From the NCBI GenBank assembly GCA_964572275.1, contig CAZNED010000001.1, positions 5,513-69,512 of the forward strand: a DNA stretch of 64,000 nucleotides, read 5' to 3'. Source of the DNA: an uncultured Candidatus Saccharibacteria bacterium (GTDB taxonomy: Bacteria > Patescibacteriota > Minisyncoccia > Minisyncoccales > UBA1441). Positions 18,809-28,476 of the stretch are shown piece after piece. Position 1 is the first letter of the stretch. Each line of letters begins with the position of its first letter. The position numbers were made by a program, and so were the translations under genes. Under the pieces are notes generated by a model. The model was given only the letters and a program-made list of their open reading frames with translations. It searched no databases and had not been told where the DNA came from.

Positions 18809-19534
18809 TCAAGAAAAAAGTTGTTTTTTAGATTCACCGTTTTTAATACTTTCCTCGTAATTTCCAATCCTTTCCTTAAAGTCATCCCAACTTACTTGAG
18901 CAGCTCCCACCATGGAACAAACTTCTTTATACTGGCAATATCGGCATTGTGAATTACTTGGCCAATCATTTAAACGTTCTGGGACCTGGTTAGCTTGTAT
19001 CTTCAAACCCAATCTTTCTAGATCATCAAGCAATTTATGGCATAAATCTGTGTCGTATTCTATTAAAAATTCTTTCAGATCTTGAGTATCTTTATTTACG
19101 TAAAGCAGAATCCCCTGTTTTATTTGGAAAAAATGAAGATAGAGTTGAAGTTGATAAATATATTCTTCGGAGGGTTTATTCAAGGTTCTGAAACTCATAC
19201 TATTGATGCTTTTAATATCTACCACATAATCATGATCGTTAACTTGAATCAAGGCATCTGCTCGTCCCGAGATTAAATTATTAGCCGGAATATTAATTTC
19301 ATCTCCTCTTAAAACATTTTGACCGGATAATGCTTTAATAATTAATTCATGAATATAATTTCCGTGATCAAAAAGTCTAAGAATTCTTGGTTCTAAATCT
19401 CGACATGGTGCTTGTTTAAATTTAAAAAAAACGCTTCTGGGACATCGACCAGCATCTGTTACATAAAATCTTTTCTGAGCATAATTATCTCGATTATTTT
19501 CTAAATAGAAATTATCGATGATTTCTTTCAACAT
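18809..19534 (-). CDS. Stand-alone Cas4-like PD-(D/E)XK nuclease with 4-Cys (Fe-S) signature
   Basis: N-terminal Cys (GRCPRSVFF), HGNYIHE, SGRADAL, VVDIKS (D..K), QLQLYL (QxxxY), C-terminal CRYCQYKEVC. Confidence 0.75.
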   Translation of the reverse strand: MLKEIIDNFYLENNRDNYAQKRFYVTDAGRCPRSVFFKFKQAPCRDLEPRILRLFDHGNYIHELIIKALSGQNVLRGDEINIPANNLISGRADALIQVNDHDYVVDIKSINSMSFRTLNKPSEEYIYQLQLYLHFFQIKQGILLYVNKDTQDLKEFLIEYDTDLCHKLLDDLERLGLKIQANQVPERLNDWPSNSQCRYCQYKEVCSMVGAAQVSWDDFKERIGNYEESIKNGESKKQLFS

Positions 19535-19553
19535 CGCATTATTCCAAAATAGT

Positions 19554-19988
19554 TTAACGCTTGCGCCATTGTGGAGCGCGACGAGCTCTTTTTAATCCAA
19601 ATTTCTTACGCTCACGCATTCGCGGATCACGAGCTAAATAACCAGATTTTTTTAGAGTTAACCTTAGGTCCTTATCTAATTCAACCAAGGCTTGAGCCAA
19701 TCCATGTCTTATTGCTTCTGCTTGCGCGGCTAATCCACCACCCTTTACCACGATAGTTGTTGGGAACTCATCTCCCAAATTTGATTTCTTCAATGGAGAC
19801 ATTATCTTTTCGCGATAAGCAAGAACCGAAAAATATTCCTCTATTTTTTTACCGTTTACTGATATTCCTTTCTTTTTAAGACCAGGATAGATACGGACTT
19901 GCGCTATGGCCGTTTTACGCCTTCCCACTGATTGGATGTATTCTATCTTATCCTTTTTAATCTTTGTATTTTTTAAAGTTTCAACCAT
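19554..19988 (-). CDS. rpsI: 30S ribosomal protein S9
   Basis: VGRRKTAIAQVRI, GGGLAAQAEAIRHGLAQAL, C-terminal RRAPQWRKR. Confidence 0.93.
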   Translation of the reverse strand: MVETLKNTKIKKDKIEYIQSVGRRKTAIAQVRIYPGLKKKGISVNGKKIEEYFSVLAYREKIMSPLKKSNLGDEFPTTIVVKGGGLAAQAEAIRHGLAQALVELDKDLRLTLKKSGYLARDPRMRERKKFGLKRARRAPQWRKR

Positions 19989-20370
19989 TTTGAACGAATT
20001 TAAGTCGTTTAATTCTTTCTTTGCGTAAACGATTTTTAGGCAACATTCCCCAGACAGCTAACCGTAAAATTTCTTCTGGTTTCTTTTTATGCATATCTTC
20101 GGCAATAGTTGCTTTTAACCCCCCCATGTAACCACTGTGATGATAATATGTTTTTTCTGACCATTTTTTACCGGTCAATTCTATCTTATCGGCATTCATA
20201 ACCTCAATAGAGGTATATCCCGCTTTATTAGGAGCATAATCAGCCCTATGTTTTCCTTGTAAATAATGAGCAATATCAGCAGCTATCCTGCCGACTATTT
20301 TACCTTCAGCATCCATTTTGATCACTTCCGTAGTATTTTTCTTCTTATCTTCAATCTTACTTTTAACCAT
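19981..20370 (-). CDS. rplM: 50S ribosomal protein L13
   Basis: GRIAADIAHYLQGKH, YYHHSGYMGGLK, MLPKN motifs. Confidence 0.93.
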   Translation of the reverse strand: MVKSKIEDKKKNTTEVIKMDAEGKIVGRIAADIAHYLQGKHRADYAPNKAGYTSIEVMNADKIELTGKKWSEKTYYHHSGYMGGLKATIAEDMHKKKPEEILRLAVWGMLPKNRLRKERIKRLKFVQNG

Positions 20371-20372
20371 GA

Positions 20373-20714
20373 TTATTTAACAAATTCTAAGAAAACAATC
20401 TCTGCTCCATCAGAAGAGCGACGACCCAACTTAACTAGCCTAGTATAGCCACCGTTTCTTTCTTTATATCGAGGAGCTAAATCTTTAATAACCTTTTTAG
20501 CTATCGATTCCGATAAATTCCGGCTTAATAATCTCTGAGCCGATAATGAATCACCTTTACCGACTGTAATTATTCTCTCAACCAAGCTCGATGCTTCTTT
20601 CCCGCGAGCATATGTTGTTTTAATCCTTTCTTTCATAATCAAAGACTGGGCCAAACCAAACAATAATGCTTTTTTAGGAGATTTTCTGGAAAATTTTTTA
20701 ACTGTTGTTTTCAT
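20373..20714 (-). CDS. rplQ: 50S ribosomal protein L17
   Basis: GGYTRLVKLGRRSSDGAEIVFLEFV, and its position after rpoA. Confidence 0.92.
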   Translation of the reverse strand: MKTTVKKFSRKSPKKALLFGLAQSLIMKERIKTTYARGKEASSLVERIITVGKGDSLSAQRLLSRNLSESIAKKVIKDLAPRYKERNGGYTRLVKLGRRSSDGAEIVFLEFVK

Positions 20715-21653
20715 TTATTCTTTTAATGATAAACCCATTTTTTTCAATGACTTCTTCAGCTCTATCAATCCTTTTTCACCCATGCCTTCTATCTCCATTA
20801 TTTTTTCAGGAGATTTACTAATTAATCCAGCAACCGTTTTAATCCCTCCAGCTTCAAGACTACTAATTACTCTCAAAGAAACATTCAAATCTTTTATTTT
20901 CATTTTCTTTGCGTCAGATTCTTTGCTCGTCTCTTTTACAGTTTTTTCTTTTTTAGGTTTTGACTCCATGAGCTGGAAAGATTGCCCTATCAATTTAAAA
21001 TGTTCTTCTAACAAATTGCTTGCCAAGACTAATGCTTGCTCGGGTGTTATAACTCCGCTTGTTTCAATTGTTAAGAAAATCTTATTGAAATTTGTTTTCT
21101 CCCCGACTCTCATATTTTCAACTCGATAAGAAACTCTCTCAATCGGTGAAAAAGCTGCATCTAAAACTATTTCATTTGCCACCGCTTTCCCCATCTGGCG
21201 AGCTTCCACTGTTTGATATCCTATACCATGCTCTATGGTCATGGTGATAGCCAATCTGGCCTTGGCATTGGTTAAGGTAGCAATATGTTCATTCGGATTC
21301 ACTAACTTGACCTGAGGGGTCAATTCAAAATCACGGCCAATAACTTTCTTTTCACCTTTCACTTCAAGCGAAACAACTTGTGGCTGATTGTCAGGTAAGA
21401 CAAATTTCAATTTCTTGAGATTGAGCAAAATCTGAATAACATCCTCTTTAACATGATTAATCGTTGAAAATTCGTGAGATACGCCATCTATTGAGACTTT
21501 TGTCACTGCCGTTCCGGGTAGCGAAGAAAGGAGAACTCGGCGTAAACTATTGGCAATTGTCAATCCGTATCCAGGATAGAGACCTGCTATTTCAAAAACC
21601 GCTTTATTTTCTTCTCTCGAAATTGTTTTAAATGCAGAAGGTAAGGAAATCAT
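20715..21653 (-). CDS. rpoA: DNA-directed RNA polymerase alpha subunit
   Basis: GYGLTIANSLRRVLLSSLPG N-terminal domain and a C-terminal HhH domain (LNVSLRVISSLEAGGIKTVAGL). Confidence 0.93.
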   Translation of the reverse strand: MISLPSAFKTISREENKAVFEIAGLYPGYGLTIANSLRRVLLSSLPGTAVTKVSIDGVSHEFSTINHVKEDVIQILLNLKKLKFVLPDNQPQVVSLEVKGEKKVIGRDFELTPQVKLVNPNEHIATLTNAKARLAITMTIEHGIGYQTVEARQMGKAVANEIVLDAAFSPIERVSYRVENMRVGEKTNFNKIFLTIETSGVITPEQALVLASNLLEEHFKLIGQSFQLMESKPKKEKTVKETSKESDAKKMKIKDLNVSLRVISSLEAGGIKTVAGLISKSPEKIMEIEGMGEKGLIELKKSLKKMGLSLKE

Positions 21654-21673
21654 AAAAAAACAATTAATTAAAA

Positions 21674-22318
21674 TTATCTAGTATAAAATTCTAAAATCGT
21701 AGATACTTGAGCCGGTGGATTAACTTCATCTATTAAAGGCATTCTTATAAGCACAGACTCCATTTTACCATGATCCATTTTTAACCAGGGACAAGTAACG
21801 TTTTTCTCCTTGTCTTTTCCCTTGGCTTCAAATGATTTAAATAGTGTCAAGCTACGATGATTATCTTTGATACCAATTACATCATCCTGCGCTACAGAAA
21901 AAGATGGTCTATCAACTGAACGATTATTAACCTTAAAATGCCCATGCACTACCAATTGCCTGGCTTGAATACGAGATTCAGCCCAACCGCTTCGATATAT
22001 TATATTATCTAGACGGCACTCCAATTTTTGAATTAAATTTTCAACTGGATTTTTAAATTTTTTTGGCTTATTTAAAACCTCTGAAATATATCTTCTAAAT
22101 TGCTTTTCGGAAAGATTATACCAAAAGCGTAATTTTTGTTTCTCTGCCAACTGTCGACCGTAATCGGACAATTTGCTCTTATTGACTGATCGACCTTGTT
22201 TTCCCGGAGCATATGGACGCTTGATCATTGCACATTTAGCCGAAAAACAGCGTTCTCCTTTCAAGAAAAGTTTTTGGTTAAATCGTCTACAAATTTTGCA
22301 TTGTGAGTTTTGTATCAT
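21674..22318 (-). CDS. rpsD: 30S ribosomal protein S4 (zinc-ribbon form)
   Basis: CKICRR..GERCFSAKC, and an S4 domain (RLDNIIYRSGWAESRIQARQLVVHGHFKVN). Start is trimmed to the ATG at 22318, downstream of the rpsK stop. Confidence 0.92.
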   Translation of the reverse strand: MIQNSQCKICRRFNQKLFLKGERCFSAKCAMIKRPYAPGKQGRSVNKSKLSDYGRQLAEKQKLRFWYNLSEKQFRRYISEVLNKPKKFKNPVENLIQKLECRLDNIIYRSGWAESRIQARQLVVHGHFKVNNRSVDRPSFSVAQDDVIGIKDNHRSLTLFKSFEAKGKDKEKNVTCPWLKMDHGKMESVLIRMPLIDEVNPPAQVSTILEFYTR

Positions 22319-22323
22319 GATAA

Positions 22324-22776
22324 TTATGCTCGACGTGGTTTCTTCGGACGACAACCGCCATGCGGGATAGGCGTACGGTCTTTAACTTTTGTAATATTAA
22401 TTCCTTGCGTTGACAATGAGCGTAAAGCAGATTCTCGCCCCGCACCAACTCCTTTAACTATTATTTCTACTTCCTTTGCATTTAAAGCAACTATTGCCTC
22501 ACCAATTGCTTGAGCTACTTTTGACGCGGCAAAAGATGTTCCTTTTTTACTTCCTTTAAATCCTACTCGACCAGCGCTTTGTGCAAGCAAAACATTTCCT
22601 TGCATATCAGTTAATGTCATTTTCGTATTATTATAAGAAGAAAGAATATGAATAGCAGCCGTATTAACTGATTTCTTCTTCAAAGATGGTGCTATTTGCG
22701 CTAATGTTTTTTCGACCTTACTTCCTTCGGCTAATACTTCTTCTGCCGATTTTTCAACAATATGTTTTTTCCCCAT
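22324..22776 (-). CDS. rpsK: 30S ribosomal protein S11
   Basis: GFKGSKKGTSFAA, DRTPIPHGGCRPKKPRR. Confidence 0.93.
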   Translation of the reverse strand: MGKKHIVEKSAEEVLAEGSKVEKTLAQIAPSLKKKSVNTAAIHILSSYNNTKMTLTDMQGNVLLAQSAGRVGFKGSKKGTSFAASKVAQAIGEAIVALNAKEVEIIVKGVGAGRESALRSLSTQGINITKVKDRTPIPHGGCRPKKPRRA

Positions 22777-22782
22777 GTTATT

Positions 22783-23172
22783 TTATTTAGGTGACGGAGC
22801 TGCTTTACGTCCGGATCCGGCTGACTGACGCACATTACCCCGTACTGTCCTTGAATTTGTCCTAGTTTGTTGACCGCGAACAGGCAATCTTTTTTTATGC
22901 CTTTCTCCGCGCCAACAACTGATATCTCTTAATCGACGTATATTCAAATTAACCTGCTGTCTTAACCCTCCTTCTATTTTATAATGATCGTCAATATACT
23001 GCTTCAATTGATTTATCTCTTCAGTCGTCAAACTATTGGCCTTTCTGCCCTCATCAATCTTAAGTTCCGACAAAAGTTTACGGCTGGTATGTCGGCCGAT
23101 ACCATGAATATATGTTAGACTAATCTCAATATTTTTATTATCGGGAATATTAATTCCACTAATTCTGGGCAT
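22783..23172 (-). CDS. rpsM: 30S ribosomal protein S13
   Basis: MPRISGINIPDNK, YIHGIGR, RGERHKKRLPVRGQQTRTN. Confidence 0.93.
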   Translation of the reverse strand: MPRISGINIPDNKNIEISLTYIHGIGRHTSRKLLSELKIDEGRKANSLTTEEINQLKQYIDDHYKIEGGLRQQVNLNIRRLRDISCWRGERHKKRLPVRGQQTRTNSRTVRGNVRQSAGSGRKAAPSPK

Positions 23173-23173
23173 A

Positions 23174-23287
23174 TTAACCTTGTCGTTGTTTATGTTTTGG
23201 TATTCGACAAACTATTCTCAGTCGTCCTTTCCGACGCACTAACTTACATTCTCGACATAATTTTTTTATCGATGCCTTAACTCTCAT
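23174..23287 (-). CDS. rpmJ: 50S ribosomal protein L36 (not in ORF track, 37 aa)
   Basis: Hand translation gives [37 protein letters not shown], between infA and rpsM. Confidence 0.9.
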   Translation of the reverse strand: MRVKASIKKLCRECKLVRRKGRLRIVCRIPKHKQRQG

Positions 23288-23289
23288 AG

Positions 23290-23505
23290 CTATTTACGAT
23301 AAATAATTCGACCACGACTACGATCGTATGGACTAGTTTCTACTGTTACCCTATCGCCAACTAAAATACGAATATGAAATCGGCGTAAACGTCCAGATAA
23401 GTGCGCCATAACCTCACGACTATCGTCCATTTTAACCTTAAAATTCGTACTGGGCAAGCTTTCGATAATTGTACCTTCTTCTTTCTGTTGTGAATTATTT
23501 TTCAT
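23290..23505 (-). CDS. infA: Translation initiation factor IF-1
   Basis: S1-like fold: [50 protein letters not shown]. Confidence 0.93.
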   Translation of the reverse strand: MKNNSQQKEEGTIIESLPSTNFKVKMDDSREVMAHLSGRLRRFHIRILVGDRVTVETSPYDRSRGRIIYRK

Positions 23506-23624
23506 TCAAAAAAAATAAGAACGAGGCATGTGGCCTACTAGCCGCGTTTTCATAATGGGAAAATATAAATTATCTCGGCTTTTCTTAACAAGAATAACAA
23601 AATCATGAAAATTAGTCAAGAAGA

Positions 23625-24860
23625 TCATTTTTCCTGAAATTGCAATTCTATATTTATCCTATCAGGTTGAGGGATTTTTCTTAGCCAGAAAGGTGTTATG
23701 CGATATTGAAAAGCGGCCAAGCGATCATCCTCCAATAATCTATCTTTTAGTTGTGTGCGATTTAATCCCGATAATTCATTATTCCATTCATTTTGGAATA
23801 ACTCTTCATATATCTCTGCCGAAAATTTAAGATTAACATGCAAAAGCTTATTCTCTGCGTTGAAAGATAATATCCGATAGTCTAAATATAAGCTATCAGG
23901 AACAATTCGAGCATTTTCCCCGAATTTATTTTGAACTACTTTTGCTAAAAATTGCTCTAAATCAGAATTCAAGAATGATAACGCTTCACCTTTAGTCTTG
24001 AGAGTATAATCAAAACTTTCATTTGTGTCACCAACCCGATAAGAAGACTCGCTGGCAATTGTCTCCACTGCAACAGCATCAGATAATACTATAGTATCGG
24101 TATTCTCAGATTTAATTTCATCGATTAAGCCGTTGATTAAAGCAAGCTTTAAATCCTCTTCAGCTTCGCGTAAATCCGATTGCGTTATCTCTGGCAATCG
24201 ACTCATTTCCCCACCAGACATTGCTTCAAAAGATTCACCATAAATTTTGTCATACATGTCTGTTCCTAATAATCCAGGAACAGAGAATTTCGTTGGATTA
24301 ATATTCGAATTAGGCCCTGAATCCATAGCCTCAACAGGAACATCTACCCAGGATGATGTTAACCGCCCGTTTTCAATTTTTGCTGGGGGTAAATAAATGC
24401 TATCCGGAGCCCTAAAATATTCTCCACTACTAGCTAAAAATCTTGTTGTCGCACGCAGATTAATCCCTTGCGGAGGATTAATATTGTTATAAACTCGGAT
24501 CACTCCCTGCGCTAATTTTTCTTCTATTTTTTCTCCAGTTGCTGAAAAAGTTCTTGTCTCTTCCTGTTCTCGAGAAATAATATATCCCGGCAGGATACCT
24601 TCCTCAAAATTTATCTCTTGCACCTCTCCCCAAACCCTGAACTCAGTCTCGCTAGAAACAATCCGCGTTGCTGGTTCAAGATAGAGAATAAATTTTGCTC
24701 CCAGGATCTGATAAAGCAAAGCTGCTAAAAATAAAATAATAATTCCCCCAAGCAATATGTATCTCGAATTAATCTTGAATTTATTATCCATCATCGCGGG
24801 ATGAATTTCATTTTTACCTGAATGATGAGGCGGTAAAATGTCAAATATTTTTTTGTCCAT
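23625..24860 (-). CDS. Single-pass membrane protein of unknown function (411 aa)
   Basis: One N-terminal TM (YILLGGIIILFLAALLYQIL) followed by a large extracytoplasmic domain. No family recognised. Overlaps the alaS 3' end by 20 nt. Confidence 0.6.
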   Translation of the reverse strand: MDKKIFDILPPHHSGKNEIHPAMMDNKFKINSRYILLGGIIILFLAALLYQILGAKFILYLEPATRIVSSETEFRVWGEVQEINFEEGILPGYIISREQEETRTFSATGEKIEEKLAQGVIRVYNNINPPQGINLRATTRFLASSGEYFRAPDSIYLPPAKIENGRLTSSWVDVPVEAMDSGPNSNINPTKFSVPGLLGTDMYDKIYGESFEAMSGGEMSRLPEITQSDLREAEEDLKLALINGLIDEIKSENTDTIVLSDAVAVETIASESSYRVGDTNESFDYTLKTKGEALSFLNSDLEQFLAKVVQNKFGENARIVPDSLYLDYRILSFNAENKLLHVNLKFSAEIYEELFQNEWNNELSGLNRTQLKDRLLEDDRLAAFQYRITPFWLRKIPQPDRINIELQFQEK

Positions 24861-26622
24861 TTTCTAAAACTGCTTTAATGCGGCGCACTCCTGCGCTAGA
24901 AGATTCTTCTTTAATAATCTGAAATTGACCAATTTCACCAGTATTATTTACGTGGGGACCAGCACAAACTTCTCGAGAGATGATTGTTCCGTCACCATTA
25001 ATAATAGCATAGACGTCAACTTCTTCAGGATAATTTTTTCCTTCAATTATGATATCTCCACGTGATAATGCTTTTTTAAAACTGATGCTTTCCTTTTCAA
25101 TCCGTAAATCATCATTGATCCAATGATTTATTAAAGCCGAAACTTGATTTAATTCATTTTTACTTAAAGCACGATCAAAGGAAAAATCAAATCGCAATCT
25201 CTGTGTCGTAATATCAGATCCTTTTTGGCTAATCTTTGTACTTAATATCTGATTCAAAGCAGATTGTAAAAGATGCGTAGCCGTATGAAGCCTTGCTTTT
25301 ATTTGTCGTTCTTCTGCTGACGTTTCTTCAATTACCCCGTGTCCACCGAATTTATTTTCAGCTCCTCTACGAGATATCTCTTTATGCTCTTCAATGGCAT
25401 TAATTAACTCTGATTCATCGAATTGATAACCCCTGTTTTTTAATTCCTGTGGAGAGAGGCCATATGTGGAATAAAGACGAAAAGCCTCGCGCCCATCGAT
25501 AGTCATATTCTGTCTTGATATCTTGGCCATGCCCCGTTTTACAGCTAAACTCATACGTTTATCCTCTTGAGCGATTATCTTCCCTAGCATTGACGATGCT
25601 CCTATTAATTCTGGATAGATTTCAGCATATTGATTCTCGAGTAATTGTGTTGCTGATTCAATCTGATTAAAATCTAATTTCAATATCGAAGCTGATTCCA
25701 ATAGACGACGAATAATACGCCTCATAACATAACCTCTTTCGACATTACTTGGTTTTATCCCTTCAATCGTTAAAAAAAGCAAGCCCCTAAGATGATCAGC
25801 TATTATTCGATATGGCTTTGAGTTGTCATTATATTCTTTTAGATCAGAGAACAATCGTTCTATAACTGGCCAAAAAAGATCCGTTTCAAAGATAGACGAT
25901 TTCCCCTGCACAGCCAAGGATAAACGTTCTAGTCCCATGCCAGTATCAATCCCTCCTTGAATTAATTCCGTCATCTGACCATCTTTATCCCGATGGTATT
26001 GATTAAAAACTATATTCCATAATTCGACAAAACGCCCGCAAGAACATCCCGGATAACAATTCTCTGCCCGGTTACAAGCTTGCCCGGTTAAATCATAATG
26101 AATTTCTGCCGTTGGTCCGCATGGCCCAGAATCTCCAGTCGGCCCCCAAAAATTATCTTCCCGACCATAAGCTAGAATATGATTTGGTTCGGCTCCTAAT
26201 TTTATCCAAATTTCTTTAGCCTCTGAATCAGCTGGAGAAATTTCGTCTCCTTTAAAATAGGTAAAATATAATCGATTTAATGGAATATTATAATCATGAG
26301 TTATCAATTCCACAGCCCAGCTCATAGCCTCTTCTTTAAAATAATCTCCGAAACTAAAATTACCTAGCATTTCTAAGAAGGTTAAATGAGTGGCGTCTCC
26401 GACCTGATCAATATCTGATGTACGAAAACATTTTTGACAAGAAGTTACTCGAGAACCAAACAATGACGGTGATCCTAAAAAATATTTTTTAAATGGTTGC
26501 ATCCCTGCCGTTGTCAGTAGCACGCTTGAATCTTCTGGGATTAACGAAGCCGACGGAACTATTTTATGTCCTTGGGCTTGAAAAAACATCAAAAAATTTT
26601 GACGAACCTCCTTTGAATTCAT
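24841..26622 (-). CDS. alaS: Alanyl-tRNA synthetase, short form (no C-Ala domain)
   Basis: The start at ATG 26622 gives MNSKEVRQNFLMFFQAQGHKIVPSASLIP. TTAGMQPFK, and editing-domain HTATHLL / CAGPHV motifs. Confidence 0.92.
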   Translation of the reverse strand: MNSKEVRQNFLMFFQAQGHKIVPSASLIPEDSSVLLTTAGMQPFKKYFLGSPSLFGSRVTSCQKCFRTSDIDQVGDATHLTFLEMLGNFSFGDYFKEEAMSWAVELITHDYNIPLNRLYFTYFKGDEISPADSEAKEIWIKLGAEPNHILAYGREDNFWGPTGDSGPCGPTAEIHYDLTGQACNRAENCYPGCSCGRFVELWNIVFNQYHRDKDGQMTELIQGGIDTGMGLERLSLAVQGKSSIFETDLFWPVIERLFSDLKEYNDNSKPYRIIADHLRGLLFLTIEGIKPSNVERGYVMRRIIRRLLESASILKLDFNQIESATQLLENQYAEIYPELIGASSMLGKIIAQEDKRMSLAVKRGMAKISRQNMTIDGREAFRLYSTYGLSPQELKNRGYQFDESELINAIEEHKEISRRGAENKFGGHGVIEETSAEERQIKARLHTATHLLQSALNQILSTKISQKGSDITTQRLRFDFSFDRALSKNELNQVSALINHWINDDLRIEKESISFKKALSRGDIIIEGKNYPEEVDVYAIINGDGTIISREVCAGPHVNNTGEIGQFQIIKEESSSAGVRRIKAVLENGQKNI

Positions 26623-26626
26623 GATT

Positions 26627-27133
26627 CTAGGTAAAACGATCCGCGACCACTGATGCCGCATATGAATCTGGTTTAATTTTGGCCTCAAATCCATTTCCGT
26701 TAATAACTCCGACAACTTCATGAATCATCGTGCGAGTTTGGCCTCGCTCGCCAACATCAGCATGAATATAGCGAAATTGATATCGAGGCTTAATCTCTAG
26801 TTTTTCAATTCTTTGAGTAATCATTTCTCTTAATTCTAGAGCCATTTCACATGATAACATAACCTCTTGGATAATTCGTTGATGAGGATGAATAAAACGG
26901 CCAGGGTTTGGCTCAAATCTCACTTTTTTGACGAAAAAACGACCGCCAGCGCCAACTCTCAGTATCACTAAAACAATTGGGAAGATTGGGTTATCTTCTG
27001 ATGAAGAATCACAACCGACTATGATATCATAAAAACACTCTGGTTTCTGATTAATGTAAGACACAATCTCTTCAACCATTTCATGGCGACTCAGATCTCC
27101 CTTATTAATATTATAGAATTCCAACCTATTCAT
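26627..27133 (-). CDS. YkuK/DUF458-like RNase H-fold protein
   Basis: The C-terminal GFEAKIKPDSYAASVVADRFT and IIVGCDSS...RVGAGGRFF pattern resemble B. subtilis YkuK, as I recall that family. Confidence 0.5.
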   Translation of the reverse strand: MNRLEFYNINKGDLSRHEMVEEIVSYINQKPECFYDIIVGCDSSSEDNPIFPIVLVILRVGAGGRFFVKKVRFEPNPGRFIHPHQRIIQEVMLSCEMALELREMITQRIEKLEIKPRYQFRYIHADVGERGQTRTMIHEVVGVINGNGFEAKIKPDSYAASVVADRFT

Positions 27134-27134
27134 A

Positions 27135-27875
27135 TTACGTTAGTATTTCCACTCTCATATCAGTAACTGCCACTGTATGCTCAAAATGTGCAGATCGAGA
27201 TCCATCCTCTGTAACATAACTTAACTTGTCGTCAGATAAGCGTACTTTACCTCGACCGATAGTAGCAATCGGTTCAATGCAAAAAACCATTCCTGGCCTG
27301 ATCATCAGTCCTTCGCCTTTTTTGCCAAAATTCAATATATCCGGATCTTCATGTATAGATTTTCCAATACCATGTCCACATAACTCACGCACAACATCAA
27401 AACCTGCACCCCAGATATAATGACTAATCGCATAACCCACGTCTCCCAAATATCCTCCAGCTCGTACCGCTTCAATCCCTTTCATTAAAGCTTCTTCCGT
27501 AATACAAATCAAGCGACGCGAAGAATCATCAATAGGGTCAATTGGGATAGTTATGGCCATATCAGCATGGAATCCTTTGTAAAAAACACCCAAGTCAAGC
27601 GAGACGATATCCCCTTGTTTAATTTTCTTATCATCTGGCAATCCGTGCACTACGGTTTCATTAATCGAAACACAGAGAGCTGCCGGAAAATCACGATAGT
27701 TTTTAAAACTAGGTTGTGCTCCTTTGGACCGAATCATCTCTTCAGCTATTTGATTGAGTTCTTCTGTAGAAATGCCCGGCCGAACCAACATTCGCAATTC
27801 TTTCATAATTCCCGAAAGAATCCGAGCTGATTTTTTAATCTTAATAATTTCTGAAGAAGTCTTAATCAGGCTCAT
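27135..27875 (-). CDS. map: Methionine aminopeptidase type I
   Basis: VVHGLP, DIVSLDLG, FHADMA, GHGIG, EPI, FEHTV metal-ligand motifs. Confidence 0.93.
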   Translation of the reverse strand: MSLIKTSSEIIKIKKSARILSGIMKELRMLVRPGISTEELNQIAEEMIRSKGAQPSFKNYRDFPAALCVSINETVVHGLPDDKKIKQGDIVSLDLGVFYKGFHADMAITIPIDPIDDSSRRLICITEEALMKGIEAVRAGGYLGDVGYAISHYIWGAGFDVVRELCGHGIGKSIHEDPDILNFGKKGEGLMIRPGMVFCIEPIATIGRGKVRLSDDKLSYVTEDGSRSAHFEHTVAVTDMRVEILT

Positions 27876-28476
27876 GCAGCCCTAAAGCATTAAGAATATC
27901 CGAAAAGACCGATTCTCGGCTTTGTTCTCCATTAATCTCAATCAATTCTCCTTTTTCTCTCAAATCTGCCAGCGTGGGTTTCACTTCATTTTGAAAACAT
28001 TGCCAACGGACTTTCAGGGCTTCATCCACATCATCGCTCCGAGCTCTTCCTTGATTTTCAGCTAAAAGGCGTTTTTTAGATTCTTGTTCTGAAATATTCA
28101 GATAGAGAACATGATACTCTTTATCCCAGCCATACCAAGATAATGCACCTTTTATTAATTCTGTTTCGATAACACGACGAGGGCTGCCGTCAATAACCAG
28201 TCCAGGGAAAATATCATTCTGTTGCTTAATCTCTTCCATGCGATCAGACCATAAGTTAGCTATTACCAGAGTTGGAACCAATACTCCTTTATTGATTTCT
28301 TCTCTAATTTTAAGGCCAGTATAATCATTTACCATTTGCCGCTTTCTCAATAAATCCCCGCTCCCCATATGGATAAAACCAAAACGCTCAGACAAAAAAC
28401 CTGCTTGCGTTCCTTTACCAGAGCCAGGCGGACCTATAAGAGAAATCACCGGTTTAGAAACTTCAGAAGCTTTCAT
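27862..28476 (-). CDS. adk: Adenylate kinase
   Basis: GPPGSGKGTQA P-loop, GDLLR, DGSPR. Confidence 0.9.
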   Translation of the reverse strand: MKASEVSKPVISLIGPPGSGKGTQAGFLSERFGFIHMGSGDLLRKRQMVNDYTGLKIREEINKGVLVPTLVIANLWSDRMEEIKQQNDIFPGLVIDGSPRRVIETELIKGALSWYGWDKEYHVLYLNISEQESKKRLLAENQGRARSDDVDEALKVRWQCFQNEVKPTLADLREKGELIEINGEQSRESVFSDILNALGLHEPD

